From a virus, in the UHGV virus genome UHGV-1773631: DNA of 18,342 nt, one strand, 5' to 3'. The position numbers and the translations under genes are program-made. The notes beneath the pieces are model-generated. The model did no database searches, was not told where the DNA came from, and saw only the letters and a list, made by a program, of their open reading frames with translations. This document shows, piece after piece, positions 7,883 through 15,861 of this stretch (positions are counted from its first letter, which is position 1; every line of letters begins with the position of its first letter).

Positions 7883-10254
7883 TCCTCAATTTTAGATACC
7901 GAATTTATCTTATTATTATTCTTAATAATTTTTACCCCTTGTGCGACTTTACTTCCTAATGTCAATTCTTTTGCTGAAATTTTAATAGTAGATTTATCTC
8001 CCACAATCAATAAATTATTACTATTATTAATTAAACAACAGCCCGCAATGATTCCTCGATAGCCATAAGTGCCTCTTCCACCTCTTTTTTGCAATACAAA
8101 TTCTTTTAATAAAACTTGTTTGCCATTGCCATCTTCACTAATAAAAGCTAGATTATTTTTATTATTTGTAACTGGTAAACAGGTAAATACACTATCTCCT
8201 TCGCGCAAATTAATTCCTTTTACTCCTTGCGCAATCCGAGAAGAAATTGGCATATCTTTTGAATCAAAATGTAAAACAGTGCCATTCTTGGTAATTAATA
8301 ACATTGTCTCTTCTTCAATAAAAGTTACAGCTCTAAGTGCATCATTTTCTTTTAAAGAGATTGCCACAACACCTGTATTTCTTTTAGTATTATTAAATTC
8401 CTCTAAAGCAACCTTTTTAATAATACCATTCTTAGTTACAAAAAAAACATACTTTGCATTTGTTCCTTGATGTAAAGAAGCAAAAGCCATAGGAAATTCA
8501 TTTTTATCAAACTTAATTAAAGTATTTAAATTACTTCCTTTGGAAGAATTAGTCCCTTCTGGGATATTGTTCACCAGCAAACGATACATTTTCCCCTTAG
8601 AAGAAAAAACCATTAAAGTATCAATAGTATTAGTATCACAAATATAAGAAATAATATCATCATTATTTTTAATACCTACACCATTGCGCTTTTGTGTTTT
8701 ATAATTTTTGCTAGGAATGCGTTTAATATTACCAGATTTAGTAATAGATACAACACAATTTTCAGGGACAATATCAGGGACTATTGTTTCAATATTATTA
8801 TCTTCTAAGTTTAATAGTTTAGTTCTTCTCTTATCTCCATATTTATCTTTTAATTCAGTAATAATATTAATTAAAGTATTATCGCGAATTTCTTTATTGG
8901 TTAAAATACCAATACAATATTCAATAAACTTCTTTTTATCTTCCAATTCTTGAATTAATTCATTTTTGTTAATTTTGCTTAATTTGCCGAGTTTCATGTC
9001 TAAAACTGCATTTGCCTGAATTTCATCAATAGAAAGAAAAGCCATCAAACCTTCTTTTGCCATTTGATTATTTTCAGATTGCTTAATAATTTTAATTACT
9101 TCATCAATTTTATCTACCGCGGCGATAAGACCTTCCAAAATATGAACTCTAGCTTCTGCTTTCTCTTTGTCAAAAGTAGTAGAATTAATTAACATGTTTT
9201 CTTGATGTAAAACATAATTCTTAATTAAATCTAACATAGAACAAAGTTTAGGAGTACCATTAACAATAAAGTTCATATTATAAGAAAGGGTAGTCTGCAA
9301 ATCAGTTAATTTAAATAATCTATTTAAAGCAATTTGTGAATTTACGTTTTTCTTAACGTAAAAGATTAACTTGTTTTGTCCAACATTGGATTCATCGTCA
9401 AAATCCTCAATTACTTCTGCCAAAACATCTACATTTTTTTCAATCTGTTCTTTAATTTTATTTCGATAGGTTCTATAAGGAATAGTAGTAAAGATAATTT
9501 TATTATCTTTAATCTCATAATCTCCTTGAATCTTTAAAGAAACAGAAGAATGACCAGTATTAAAAGCAGTATAAATATCTTTGATATTAATAATAGTACC
9601 ACCTAATGGAAAATCTGGCCCAGGTAAATATTTAAGCAGATCGTTAGTATTGGAAATTTTTTTCTGAATAAACGCGATTGCAGTTTCACATACTTCTGTC
9701 AAATTGTGTGGGCTACTATTATGGCTCATAGACACACCAATAGCCTGTCTACCATTGCAAATTGCGTTAGGAAAAAGTGAAGGAAGAATAACTGGTTCCA
9801 TAAATTCACCATTATACGTCTCTTTTGTTGGGACAATATTCTTTTTAAAATCCTTCATCATCAAATCTGCATAAATACTAGGTTTAGCTTCTGTATATCT
9901 AGCAGAAGCCACCATATCATTATTCTCTTGCGTACCCAATGAACCCTGTCCCGCAATTAGAGGATACCGCATAAGATAATCCTGAGACATTTTACATAAA
10001 ACTCCATAGCAACTAGCATCACCATGAAAATAGCTAGTTGCTAATGTACTTCCCACGATAGCGTTACACTTTTTTGTTTTACTTTTGTTATTCATTTTAA
10101 GATAATCTTCCATAGTCCAAAGAATTTTTCTTTGCGCGGAAAGAAGACCATCTTCAATTGAAGGAATAGCTCTATCTGTCAAAACTTCTGAACTATAAGT
10201 TAAAAAGTTTTCTTTGGCTTCATCAAGAATATCAACTTCTGTAATTAAACTCAT
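7879..10254 (-). CDS. type II DNA topoisomerase, A subunit (GyrA/ParC-like)
   Basis: 791 aa; N-terminus AIPSIEDGLLSAQRKILW matches the GyrA winged-helix start; GDASCYGVLCKMSQDYLMRYPLIAGQGSLG and ARYTEAK match the catalytic-tyrosine region (RYTE); C-terminal region has a GyrA-box-like QKRGGRG. Confidence 0.85.
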   Translation of the reverse strand: MSLITEVDILDEAKENFLTYSSEVLTDRAIPSIEDGLLSAQRKILWTMEDYLKMNNKSKTKKCNAIVGSTLATSYFHGDASCYGVLCKMSQDYLMRYPLIAGQGSLGTQENNDMVASARYTEAKPSIYADLMMKDFKKNIVPTKETYNGEFMEPVILPSLFPNAICNGRQAIGVSMSHNSSPHNLTEVCETAIAFIQKKISNTNDLLKYLPGPDFPLGGTIINIKDIYTAFNTGHSSVSLKIQGDYEIKDNKIIFTTIPYRTYRNKIKEQIEKNVDVLAEVIEDFDDESNVGQNKLIFYVKKNVNSQIALNRLFKLTDLQTTLSYNMNFIVNGTPKLCSMLDLIKNYVLHQENMLINSTTFDKEKAEARVHILEGLIAAVDKIDEVIKIIKQSENNQMAKEGLMAFLSIDEIQANAVLDMKLGKLSKINKNELIQELEDKKKFIEYCIGILTNKEIRDNTLINIITELKDKYGDKRRTKLLNLEDNNIETIVPDIVPENCVVSITKSGNIKRIPSKNYKTQKRNGVGIKNNDDIISYICDTNTIDTLMVFSSKGKMYRLLVNNIPEGTNSSKGSNLNTLIKFDKNEFPMAFASLHQGTNAKYVFFVTKNGIIKKVALEEFNNTKRNTGVVAISLKENDALRAVTFIEEETMLLITKNGTVLHFDSKDMPISSRIAQGVKGINLREGDSVFTCLPVTNNKNNLAFISEDGNGKQVLLKEFVLQKRGGRGTYGYRGIIAGCCLINNSNNLLIVGDKSTIKISAKELTLGSKVAQGVKIIKNNNKINSVSKIEE

Positions 10255-10266
10255 TCTTTTCCTCCT

Positions 10267-12147
10267 TTAATCAAAAGTAAAACCAAGCTCAGTAGCGTTT
10301 TCATAAATATATTGTTTGCGGGGTTCTACTTTAACTCCCATTAAAATTTCAAGTAATTCATCTGCTTTTTCTGCATCACTAATAGTAATTCTTTTATAGC
10401 GTTCTTGCTCAAAGCAGACTTTCTGAAGATCACGTGCATTTAACTCGCCCAAACCCTTCGCTCTTACTAGCTCATAAGTGCCTTGATGCTGAGTTTTCCA
10501 CTCTTCAAGTTCTTCATCAGTATAAGCATAGTATTCATTATTCTTCTGACGAATAATGTACAAAGGAGTAACTGCTCTATAAAGCTTTCCTGCTTCGACT
10601 AAAGGCCGCATATAAGTAAAAAAGAATGTAGTTAAAAGTAACTCAATACTAGCTCCATCAGAATCTGCATCCGAAGTAATTACGATTTTATCAAATTGCA
10701 TTTTATCTATATCAAAAGTTTTATCAAAACCTCCACCAATTACTTTAATAATATCGGAGATTTCTTGATTAGCAAGAATCTTTTCAACAGATTGTTTTCT
10801 AGGGCTAATAGTTTTGCCTTTTAACATATAAATACAATCTGTTTTGGGATTCCGTGCTTCAACGGCAGAAGATCCTGCGCTTAGACCCTCGACTAACAGT
10901 AAATTACGCTGGCTTGGATGTTTATTTGTGCAATCAATAAATTTATTACTTAAAGCAACTTTAGCTTTAAGACCAGTTTCTTTTTTGCCCTTATCTCTAA
11001 CAGCTTCTCTAGCTTTTCGAGCTGCTTCTCTAGCTTTTCGAGCATTAATCGCCTTATCCGCGATTTTCTTTATTTCTTTTTCATTTGCTTCAAACCAATA
11101 CTGTAATTCTTGTGCAATAATTCCTGCGAAAGGGTGCATATCAATTTTAACAATTCTACTTTTGGTCTGAGCGTCATAAGCTATACCAGGAGCGGTAATA
11201 TTAAACACTAAATATAATCCTTCTTGGCAATCATCACCGGATAAATTACTATCCTTTTCTTTCAGCCAACCTTTATCTCTAAAAAACTTATTCATTTCTC
11301 TTGTTAGAATAGTTTTAATTTGAGTAATGTGCGGGCCAGTGTCAGTAAGTCCTGTATTAACATAAGGAACAATAGTAGAAAAATATTTATCAGTATAAGT
11401 TAATACTAAATTTAATTCATTCTTATTATCTTTAAAATCAATTTTAAGTCTATTTTTAATAATTTCGCTATTTTTGTCTACAGTAGAATCAACCAAATCA
11501 GTTAATCCATTCTTAGAGAAAAAAGTTTTTTCATTTAAAGTAATAGTTAAACCTGGACATAAACAAACTAAAACTTCAAAAAGATTATTAATAATTTTTA
11601 AATCTACTTCTGGGTGAGTAAAAAATTCTTCACTCGCTTGCCAAGTAACAACAGTACCAGATTCTTTATCATTTTTTACTTTACCAGTTTTGCGGTTTTT
11701 GAAAATTCCTTCTTCAAAAGAAACTTCTTCAAAGTTTCCTTTTTGATAACTAAGTACCTTTGTCCAATGACTTAAAAATACAACTAACTTACTGCCGATT
11801 CCGTTTAGACCTAACGCGGTACCTTCATAAACACCATCTTCAGTATATTTACCAGAGGTGTTAAGCACACTAAAAGCAGCTTCAAGAATTGTTTTTCCAT
11901 CTTCTCTAGTGGAATTAATTAAAAAACCTTGCCCATTATCTTTAACTGTAATTACATTATTATCTGAAATAGTTACATTAATTTCAGTGCAATGACCTGC
12001 TTTAAACTCATCAACTGCATTAGAAACAATCTCAATTAATAGCTGAGTTGAATATTCAGTAGAACCAACATATACTCCAGGTCTAAGTCTTGTAAATTCT
12101 AACGGAGTAAGACTTTGAATTGAATCTTTATTATATAAATTATTCAC
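10267..12147 (-). CDS. type II DNA topoisomerase, B subunit (GyrB/ParE-like ATPase plus TOPRIM)
   Basis: 626 aa; LEFTRLRPGVYVGST, EIVSNAVDE and DNGQG (GHKL ATPase N-box/G1), TOPRIM-like EGLSAGSSAVEAR and ITSDADSDG. Contains a duplicated AREAARKAREAVR segment. Confidence 0.85.
   Translation of the reverse strand: MNNLYNKDSIQSLTPLEFTRLRPGVYVGSTEYSTQLLIEIVSNAVDEFKAGHCTEINVTISDNNVITVKDNGQGFLINSTREDGKTILEAAFSVLNTSGKYTEDGVYEGTALGLNGIGSKLVVFLSHWTKVLSYQKGNFEEVSFEEGIFKNRKTGKVKNDKESGTVVTWQASEEFFTHPEVDLKIINNLFEVLVCLCPGLTITLNEKTFFSKNGLTDLVDSTVDKNSEIIKNRLKIDFKDNKNELNLVLTYTDKYFSTIVPYVNTGLTDTGPHITQIKTILTREMNKFFRDKGWLKEKDSNLSGDDCQEGLYLVFNITAPGIAYDAQTKSRIVKIDMHPFAGIIAQELQYWFEANEKEIKKIADKAINARKAREAARKAREAVRDKGKKETGLKAKVALSNKFIDCTNKHPSQRNLLLVEGLSAGSSAVEARNPKTDCIYMLKGKTISPRKQSVEKILANQEISDIIKVIGGGFDKTFDIDKMQFDKIVITSDADSDGASIELLLTTFFFTYMRPLVEAGKLYRAVTPLYIIRQKNNEYYAYTDEELEEWKTQHQGTYELVRAKGLGELNARDLQKVCFEQERYKRITISDAEKADELLEILMGVKVEPRKQYIYENATELGFTFD
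10965..11006. repeat. tandem direct duplication (2 x about 21 bp) inside the topoisomerase B gene
   Basis: GCTTCTCTAGCTTTTCGAGC occurs at 10965-10984 and again at 10986-11005; in frame, it encodes the duplicated AREAARKAREA peptide. Confidence 0.6.
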
Positions 12148-12634
12148 CCAATACCTCCTTAACAGTCACTCTACCAGTAGCTAAATCATCAGCAAGTTCA
12201 TTGCCTTCAATACCAGCATGACCTTTAATTTTTCTTAAATCAATCTTTCTATTCCATTTATTATATATTATATCATAAAATTTTATTAAATCCAAATTTT
12301 CAGGAGTCGATTTATCTGCTTTCCGCCAATTATTATTTTTCCACCTGTACATCCAATCATTGAAAGTATTTACGCAATATAAAGAATCTGTATAAACAAT
12401 AGGATAAGTAAAAGAATCCGCTGAAACTCCATAGTTATACAAAGCCCAAAGAATAGCTTTCATTTCTTCTCTGTTATTTGTAGTTCCAATAGTTTGATGA
12501 GCAAAAGCATCTACTAAATGTAAATTTTTGGGGTCTTTAAGATACTTGTAAACAACTACTCCATAACCTCCAGAAGCATCTTTACTACCATTTTTTAAAG
12601 TTGAGCCATCAGTGTAAATAATAGTACCTATGAT
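12140..12634 (-). CDS. rnhA: ribonuclease H (RNase HI-like); start codon non-canonical or gene disrupted
   Basis: The track ORF 12140-12463 starts at an internal Met (MKAILWAL...GHAGIEGNELADDLA). The same frame is open upstream to a TAA at 12635-12637 and encodes the essential N-terminal motif (I)GTIIYTDGS...TNNREE. The only in-frame candidate starts near the RBS GGGAG (12641-12645) are ATC (12632-12634) and ATA (12629-12631). Confidence 0.65.
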   Translation of the reverse strand: MIGTIIYTDGSTLKNGSKDASGGYGVVVYKYLKDPKNLHLVDAFAHQTIGTTNNREEMKAILWALYNYGVSADSFTYPIVYTDSLYCVNTFNDWMYRWKNNNWRKADKSTPENLDLIKFYDIIYNKWNRKIDLRKIKGHAGIEGNELADDLATGRVTVKEVLGE

Positions 12635-12713
12635 TTAATTCTCCCTTCTTTGATTTTCTTAAATAAAAGTAGTATAATATTATTAATAAATCAATCTTTT
12701 ATTCTTTAATAAT

Positions 12714-12742
12714 ATTATATCATTTTTTTAAAAATAAAACAA
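12714..12742 (-). promoter_or_regulatory. putative promoter with extended -10 for the RNase H / topoisomerase / ligase unit
   Basis: Minus strand: TTGTTT (12742-12737), 17-nt spacer, TGATATAAT (12722-12714), immediately downstream of the strong terminator hairpin. Confidence 0.45.
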
Positions 12743-12747
12743 ATAAA

Positions 12748-12782
12748 GGGTTATAAACTCACCTTTGGTGAGTTTATAACCC
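12748..12782 (-). terminator. intrinsic terminator after the lysis genes
   Basis: Perfect 16-bp inverted repeat GGGTTATAAACTCACC / GGTGAGTTTATAACCC (12748-12763 with 12767-12782), 3-nt loop, followed on the minus strand by TTTATTTGTTTTATTTTT. Confidence 0.7.
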
Positions 12783-12791
12783 ATATAATCT

Positions 12792-13133
12792 TCAAATCGG
12801 TCCAAAAACGTCCGGTTCATCGGAAGAAGTGGGCGTTTGTGGCGTCAGATTATTCATCACAGTTTCATATTTTATGCCATTTTTAGTATTCTCACGAGTG
12901 GCTTTATTGTAATAAAAAGCTTGACTAACTGCATAAGCAGCCCAAGGTAAACTGGCTTCCGCAGCCAACCAAGGCAAAGAGCCAGTAAATCCTTCGTGAA
13001 TGCAATAAAATGCTAGAATAATATGAGCAAGAGAATGAACCCATATTAAAGCAGATTCTTGAGCTAAAAGGACTTTTGAAAATTCTTTTTTCTTTTTTCT
13101 TTTGTTTCTATTTTTTTTAACGAAGCTTATCAT
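12792..13133 (-). CDS. putative holin-like small membrane protein
   Basis: 113 aa; two hydrophobic helix-length segments (ALIWVHSLAHIILAFYCI and SLPWLAAEASLPWAAYAVSQAFYY), highly basic N-terminus, overlaps the 3' end of the endolysin gene by 17 nt. Assignment rests on position and topology only. Confidence 0.4.
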   Translation of the reverse strand: MISFVKKNRNKRKKKKEFSKVLLAQESALIWVHSLAHIILAFYCIHEGFTGSLPWLAAEASLPWAAYAVSQAFYYNKATRENTKNGIKYETVMNNLTPQTPTSSDEPDVFGPI

Positions 13134-13905
13134 ACAATCTCTTCATTATAGTGACGCCTTCTAGTCTGGTTAAAAACTTATTAGGCATTAATTTGCCAGT
13201 TTCGTCACCTTTAATTAGTCCCATAGAAACTGCCCAATTTAATTCATCTTTGCCCCAATCAGCATTTTGCTTAGCTAATTGAACTAAATAATTATTCATC
13301 ATTTCATTAAATTTTTCTTGAGTCATATCTTCATCCTCCTCTTGTTTAATTGTAGGTTTATTATTATTTGTTTTAGGTTTTTCAATTATAAAGTAATATT
13401 TTACCTGTTGTTTGAAAAGACTATAATTACCTCTAGTGCGTGCGGTTTTTGTGCTGTTAGGGTCATTAATATAAATAGTGTTTCCTTGAATATTCCACAC
13501 TAAAATGAAATGACCACTACTTGTCCATAATCCTTTGCCCATACAAGCTATAACTAAATTACCTTTATCAATTTCAGCTTTTGCTAAATTATGATATTTA
13601 CTAGAACTATTACCATAAATATTTGCACCATTCAACATATAGGCTGTTAAACCGTATCGTGCAGCAGCAGGCTTAAAATATCCATAATAAGTTCCTTGGT
13701 GAGGGGCTTTATAACCATGTGTTAAAGCCCAAGCACATTCAGTTTTTGGAGTAACTTTTTTATCTGCCCATGTAGCTAAAACCATAGACATTGCGGTGGG
13801 GCCACACCCAGAAGCGCCGATTGTAGTTGATTCACCTTTTGCTGAATAGCTAATATTTTTCCATCTTGCGTCTGTTTGTAGATAAGATACAGGCTGTGTA
13901 TTCAT
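13117..13905 (-). CDS. endolysin: papain-like cysteine peptidase (C39-like) with C-terminal SLH-like cell-wall-binding domain
   Basis: N-terminal half has a Cys...His pair in a C39-like context (GASGCGPTAMSMVL ... SGHFILVW); C-terminal WAVSMGLIKGDETGKLMPNKFLTRLEGVTIMKRL matches the SLH consensus. Start placed at the second ATG (13905; RBS AAAGGAGA about 7 nt upstream); the track ORF begins 6 nt earlier at 13911. Confidence 0.65.
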   Translation of the reverse strand: MNTQPVSYLQTDARWKNISYSAKGESTTIGASGCGPTAMSMVLATWADKKVTPKTECAWALTHGYKAPHQGTYYGYFKPAAARYGLTAYMLNGANIYGNSSSKYHNLAKAEIDKGNLVIACMGKGLWTSSGHFILVWNIQGNTIYINDPNSTKTARTRGNYSLFKQQVKYYFIIEKPKTNNNKPTIKQEEDEDMTQEKFNEMMNNYLVQLAKQNADWGKDELNWAVSMGLIKGDETGKLMPNKFLTRLEGVTIMKRLYDKLR

Positions 13906-13933
13906 ATACATTCTCCTTTCTTTTGTTTTAAAA

Positions 13934-13962
13934 AAAGAGCTAGGATTTTATCCTAGCTCTTT
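13934..13962 (-). terminator. putative intrinsic terminator between the PhoH-like gene and the endolysin
   Basis: 13-bp perfect inverted repeat AAAGAGCTAGGAT / ATCCTAGCTCTTT (13934-13946 with 13950-13962), followed on the minus strand by TTTTTT; T-rich on the plus side too. Confidence 0.6.
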
Positions 13963-13970
13963 GATTATTA

Positions 13971-15242
13971 TTAAATTAATTCTGCAAGTTCTGTTATTTT
14001 AGATCTATGGATATTATTTAAAGTTACTTCTCCATAAATATCAGAACCTCTAAAAATTTTAGACATTCTTCTCATACCATTGTTATTACCAGAATAAGCT
14101 AATGAGTCAACTTGCGTTTTAGCATCACCATCAATAATACAAATACAATCTTCACCAATACGTTGAAGAGCTAATTTAATTAAAGTTCTATCTAAATTTT
14201 GTGCTTCTGTTATATAAATACCTGCGTTCATTCCGCTAGTATCGTAACCTCTAATATCGCTAAAAGGCAATAAAACTAATTTATCTTCTTCCATCATACG
14301 AAGAACACCTTCTTTACCGCCTAATTTGGCGGAAAGCATATTACCAATTTGCGAGTCAAGTAATTTATCGTCTTTTGTACCTGGGTAAAACCCTAATTTA
14401 GCGGAATTAATAGTTGCCACTGTATTACAAAAGATTATAATTTTATCTATTCTATTTTTTTCTAACATATACATTAAAAAAGCTAGAGAAATGTAAGATT
14501 TTCCTACTCCTGCTGGGCCTTGTAGCAAAGTAATTTTATTATTAGCTAAACTATCAAAAGCGCATTTTTGATATATATCTCCTTGATATGGTTGTACTTT
14601 TCCAAACCAGGTAGAATCAAAAGTAGGAAATTTTAAATAACGATAAGTTTCTCCTGTCCAAACCCGCACATCTATAAGTTCATCAAAATTATCAGGATTT
14701 TTTAAAAGTAGATATTCTCCTTTTTTAAGATTAAAATGATTATAGTTAGGATTTTCATAAAATTCAGAAATTAATTCTTCACTAGCAGTAATTTCTGCAA
14801 TTCCACTATAAGTATCTAAATCTTCTTCAATAGAAGAAACATTTTCTTTGGGAAACAAACATAAAGCAATATGTTTTAAACTTAAATCATTAGTTATAAA
14901 TTCTAAACATTTATTTGTTTCAAATTCATTCCAAGCATCAGACAAAATTCTAGCATCATCATTAATATCAAAATTCATTTTATCTAAAATGTATTCATAA
15001 TTTGTTTGATGAATTTTAACAGAATAATTATTTGGATATTTTTCAAATAAATGAAGCAAAAGTCTTGCGGAATATTTTATATCAGAATCTTTATTTGCCG
15101 CAGTTTTAATTCTTTCTAACTCTTTTAAAGTAATAGAAGAAATGATAAATTTTTCATTATCTTCAAAAGCTGATTCTCCGGCTAATAAAAGACTACAAGT
15201 ATCGTAGAATTTAATAATAATTTCCACTCTCCTATTGTTCAA
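13971..15242 (-). CDS. PIN-domain / PhoH-like ATPase fusion (PhoH2-like)
   Basis: 423 aa; N-terminal PIN-like acidic motif (IIKFYDTCSLLLAG), Walker A LLQGPAGVGKSY, PhoH-type IIDGDAKTQVD and NNIHRSKITELAE. Confidence 0.8.
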   Translation of the reverse strand: MNNRRVEIIIKFYDTCSLLLAGESAFEDNEKFIISSITLKELERIKTAANKDSDIKYSARLLLHLFEKYPNNYSVKIHQTNYEYILDKMNFDINDDARILSDAWNEFETNKCLEFITNDLSLKHIALCLFPKENVSSIEEDLDTYSGIAEITASEELISEFYENPNYNHFNLKKGEYLLLKNPDNFDELIDVRVWTGETYRYLKFPTFDSTWFGKVQPYQGDIYQKCAFDSLANNKITLLQGPAGVGKSYISLAFLMYMLEKNRIDKIIIFCNTVATINSAKLGFYPGTKDDKLLDSQIGNMLSAKLGGKEGVLRMMEEDKLVLLPFSDIRGYDTSGMNAGIYITEAQNLDRTLIKLALQRIGEDCICIIDGDAKTQVDSLAYSGNNNGMRRMSKIFRGSDIYGEVTLNNIHRSKITELAELI

Positions 15243-15693
15243 ATAAGATAAAATAATAATTATTTATGGCCTTTCTTTGTCTTTTTAGAGAAGTAATTAC
15301 TTTACTTTGAGCTTTTAAATATGTATTTAATTCTTTTTCTTCTGTTTTAATATAACCCAAATATTTATTAATTTGCCGTTTTAACCTTACTATTTCTTTA
15401 ATGACAATGATATACTCACATTTTTTATTTTCTCTTAAAATATCGTTATAAAATCTTTTTACAGCGTTATATTCGATATTAGTTTTTTCTTTAATATCTT
15501 TTAAAGCATTAATAATTGCTCTTTTGTGAGCTATTGTTTGACCTACTTTGGTTGAGAAAAAGTCCATATCATCAGAATGACAAGTAGCAATCCCAGTATA
15601 GTATTTTCGTTCATAATAAATTATTGCCTCAATTGAATTATTTGTGTAATTAAATTCTACGGGTAAAAGATTAATTGTTTTTCTTAGACTCAT
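15232..15693 (-). CDS. hypothetical protein (153 aa)
   Basis: ORF from the track with RBS AGGAGAA and a promoter upstream; overlaps the PhoH2-like start by 11 nt (probably translationally coupled). No motif recognised. Confidence 0.4.
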   Translation of the reverse strand: MSLRKTINLLPVEFNYTNNSIEAIIYYERKYYTGIATCHSDDMDFFSTKVGQTIAHKRAIINALKDIKEKTNIEYNAVKRFYNDILRENKKCEYIIVIKEIVRLKRQINKYLGYIKTEEKELNTYLKAQSKVITSLKRQRKAINNYYFILFEQ

Positions 15694-15723
15694 TAAAATT
15701 CTCCTATCTTATTTTATATTATA

Positions 15724-15752
15724 ATTATATCATAAATTCTGAGAAAAATAAA
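15724..15752 (-). promoter_or_regulatory. putative promoter with extended -10 for the ORF 15232 / PhoH2 unit
   Basis: Minus strand: TTTATT (15752-15747), 17-nt spacer, TGATATAAT (15732-15724), about 30 nt upstream of the ATG at 15693. Confidence 0.4.
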
Positions 15753-15780
15753 ATTCTTGATATTTGCGTAAAAAATTGCT

Positions 15781-15857
15781 AGAGGCGCGAAAATTCGGCG
15801 ACACGGGCCGCCACGAATATGCACGAAGACCCTAGAGTAAAAGCACTCTAGGGTCTT
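15781..15857. other. GC-rich intergenic island ending in a strong stem-loop (terminator-like or structured RNA)
   Basis: About 55 bp of roughly 60% GC (GAGGCGCGAAAATTCGGCGACACGGGCCGCCACG...) in an otherwise AT-rich region, then a perfect 13-bp inverted repeat AAGACCCTAGAGT / ACTCTAGGGTCTT (15826-15838 with 15845-15857, loop AAAAGC). The T-rich tract follows the hairpin on the plus strand, opposite to the genes. Confidence 0.4.
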
Positions 15858-15861
15858 TAAT

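Noticed and set aside
8069-8953. Two plus-strand ORFs (133 aa and 81 aa) from the track
   Set aside because: Both lie inside the topoisomerase A gene on the opposite strand; low-complexity translations.
10965-11006. Tandem repeat as a possible CRISPR array or minisatellite
   Set aside because: Only two copies, directly adjacent with no spacers, and in frame within a coding sequence; a simple tandem duplication.
10844-11170. Plus-strand ORF (108 aa) from the track
   Set aside because: Antisense to the topoisomerase B gene; it exists because the tandem repeat region is free of stops on the opposite strand; Ala/Ser/Leu-rich artefact.
13318-13503. Plus-strand ORF (61 aa) from the track
   Set aside because: Antisense to the endolysin gene; hydrophobic, low complexity, no translation signals.
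15781-15857. GC-rich island as a possible tRNA gene
   Set aside because: No cloverleaf could be drawn: no acceptor-stem pairing between the ends and no T-loop-like GTTC motif. Kept as an unexplained structured element instead.
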